The notes beneath the pieces were generated by a model. It saw nothing but the letters and a program-made list of their open reading frames with translations. It was not told the DNA's origin and ran no database searches. A program made the position numbers and the translations under genes. 64,000 nucleotides of DNA from Myxococcota bacterium (GTDB lineage: Bacteria; Myxococcota_A; SURF-8). The DNA is taken from the NCBI GenBank assembly GCA_963674735.2, contig CAXXQS010000002.1, forward strand, positions 1,120,001 through 1,184,000. The letters are read 5' to 3'. Numbering within the stretch: position 1 is the first letter of the stretch; each line of letters starts with the position of its first letter. Shown piece after piece: positions 62,828-64,000 of this stretch.

Positions 62828-63334
62828 ATGAAACGAGAAGACTTTTCCCATCTCGAATGTCCGCTGGCGCGAGTCCTTGAAGGGCTAGGTGAATGGTGGA
62901 CGATGTTGGTGGTCCGTGACCTGTTCTACGGGATCGATACCTTCGAGGCGCTTTGCCGCGATTTGGGAATCGCACGAAATATTCTGGTCGATCGTCTGCG
63001 CAAACTGGAAGCTCACGAGGTGGTGGAGCGCCGTCTTTACCAAGCGAAGCCGAAACGTTATCGTTACAGGTTGACTCCGAAAGGGCTCGATCTGTTTCCG
63101 GTGATATTGGCGATGATCGCCTGGAGCGAACGCTGGGAATCGCCGGAAGGCGCAGTGATTCAGTTCATTCACGGAACGGACGGCCATGTCGTGACTCCGG
63201 AACTGCGGTGTCGCGTTTGCAACCAACCCATCTCCCTTGGCGACGTGCGCGTTCAGGTCGGGCCGGGTGTCCAACATCCGGAAGCCTTGCCCCTGCCTCT
63301 TCGTCCCCCCAAAAACGAAAACCACGGCGACTAG
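62828..63334 (+). CDS. HxlR-family winged-helix transcriptional regulator
   Basis: CPLARVL..LGEWWTMLVVRD, LGIARNILVDRL, YRLTPKG. Confidence 0.92.
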   Translation: MKREDFSHLECPLARVLEGLGEWWTMLVVRDLFYGIDTFEALCRDLGIARNILVDRLRKLEAHEVVERRLYQAKPKRYRYRLTPKGLDLFPVILAMIAWSERWESPEGAVIQFIHGTDGHVVTPELRCRVCNQPISLGDVRVQVGPGVQHPEALPLPLRPPKNENHGD

Positions 63335-63415
63335 TTTCCGGGGATCTCCAGGATCCGGTTTAGCCGAGATACGGCGGTACATCACCCGCATTGAAATGTC
63401 GGCCAAAATTAAAAG

Positions 63416-63444
63416 TTGACATATAGTAGCGTCCATAGTACATT
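63416..63444 (+). promoter_or_regulatory. Putative sigma70 promoter
   Basis: TTGACA-17 bp-TACATT. Confidence 0.55.
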
Positions 63445-63615
63445 ATATTTAGGGTTTTAAGAAGTAATAACAATTTGGAATAACGAACTCTGCCGATACC
63501 TCTATTCGGTTATGTTTCGCTTTGAATCGTGATCGAACGGTTCCATGTGGGGATGGAGTTTTGGGTGTCGGTGCTTAATTGTGCGCATGATGCAGGGGTA
63601 TGCAAGGGGGCTGTA

Positions 63616-63966
63616 ATGGCGAAAGAAAATAATACTCAGACAGTGGATGCGTTTGCTTTCGATGATTCGTCTTTCGGACAGGATTGGATTCGTCTGGGTG
63701 ATGAATACGTGGTGAAGGGTGTGCGCTATCTGCGTCAGGAGCGCCGATTGCAGGCGCGCCTGTTTTTCGATAAAGCGGTTCAGGCTTACGGTGAAGCGCA
63801 AAAACTGAATCCGGAAGATGCCCGGGTGTTTGGCGGACTGGGAAGTTGCCTTCTGCATCTCGGAATGCGCGCCCAGGCCCGGCAGGTTTTGGAGCGCGGT
63901 ATTGAGTTGGGTGATTCCAAGAGTCGCGCGACCTACAACTGGGCGGTTCGCAACGGGCAACTATAG
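63616..63966 (+). CDS. Small TPR protein
   Basis: AVQAYGEAQKLNPEDARVFGGLGSCLLHLG TPR; AAGGGGG SD. Confidence 0.75.
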   Translation: MAKENNTQTVDAFAFDDSSFGQDWIRLGDEYVVKGVRYLRQERRLQARLFFDKAVQAYGEAQKLNPEDARVFGGLGSCLLHLGMRAQARQVLERGIELGDSKSRATYNWAVRNGQL

Positions 63967-64000
63967 TCTGCACGATTCGACCGCATCACCCGATCGCGGT

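Overview
High-GC bacterial chromosome segment spanning the replication origin. Gene content and order (split F0F1 operon starting at b'/b, parA-parB-bactofilin-atp, tandem PilZ, REC-DUF4388 protein) point to a deltaproteobacterial lineage (Myxococcota/Desulfobacterota-like); this is an inference. Left to right: an uncharacterised DUF6754-type membrane operon (cut by the window edge), a VolA-like lipoprotein plus fadL plus mobA, a complete polyamine operon (speD-pdaD-speE-speB), aroE, an 8x Kazal-repeat/beta-propeller lipoprotein, bamD, a MoxR-DUF58-Bat operon, tRNA-Arg(ACG)-tadA-2x tRNA-Ser-SRP RNA-dnaX-ybaB-recR, several signalling and housekeeping genes, dnaA-oriC-dnaN-recF-uppP-lgt, two unusual radical SAM genes, parS-rsmG-parA-parB-bactofilin, atpF'FHAGDC and a short accessory tail. 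I saw no CRISPR array, IS or prophage. Best candidates for undescribed biology: (i) the coupled radical SAM pair (one with a dead plus a live barrel) between dnaA and parS; (ii) two sensor proteins whose only output is the same Cys4 C-terminal domain; (iii) the DUF6754 membrane operon; (iv) a lipase-less VolA-like partner of FadL; (v) a structured leader upstream of speD. All family assignments come from motif recognition by eye; no searches were run.
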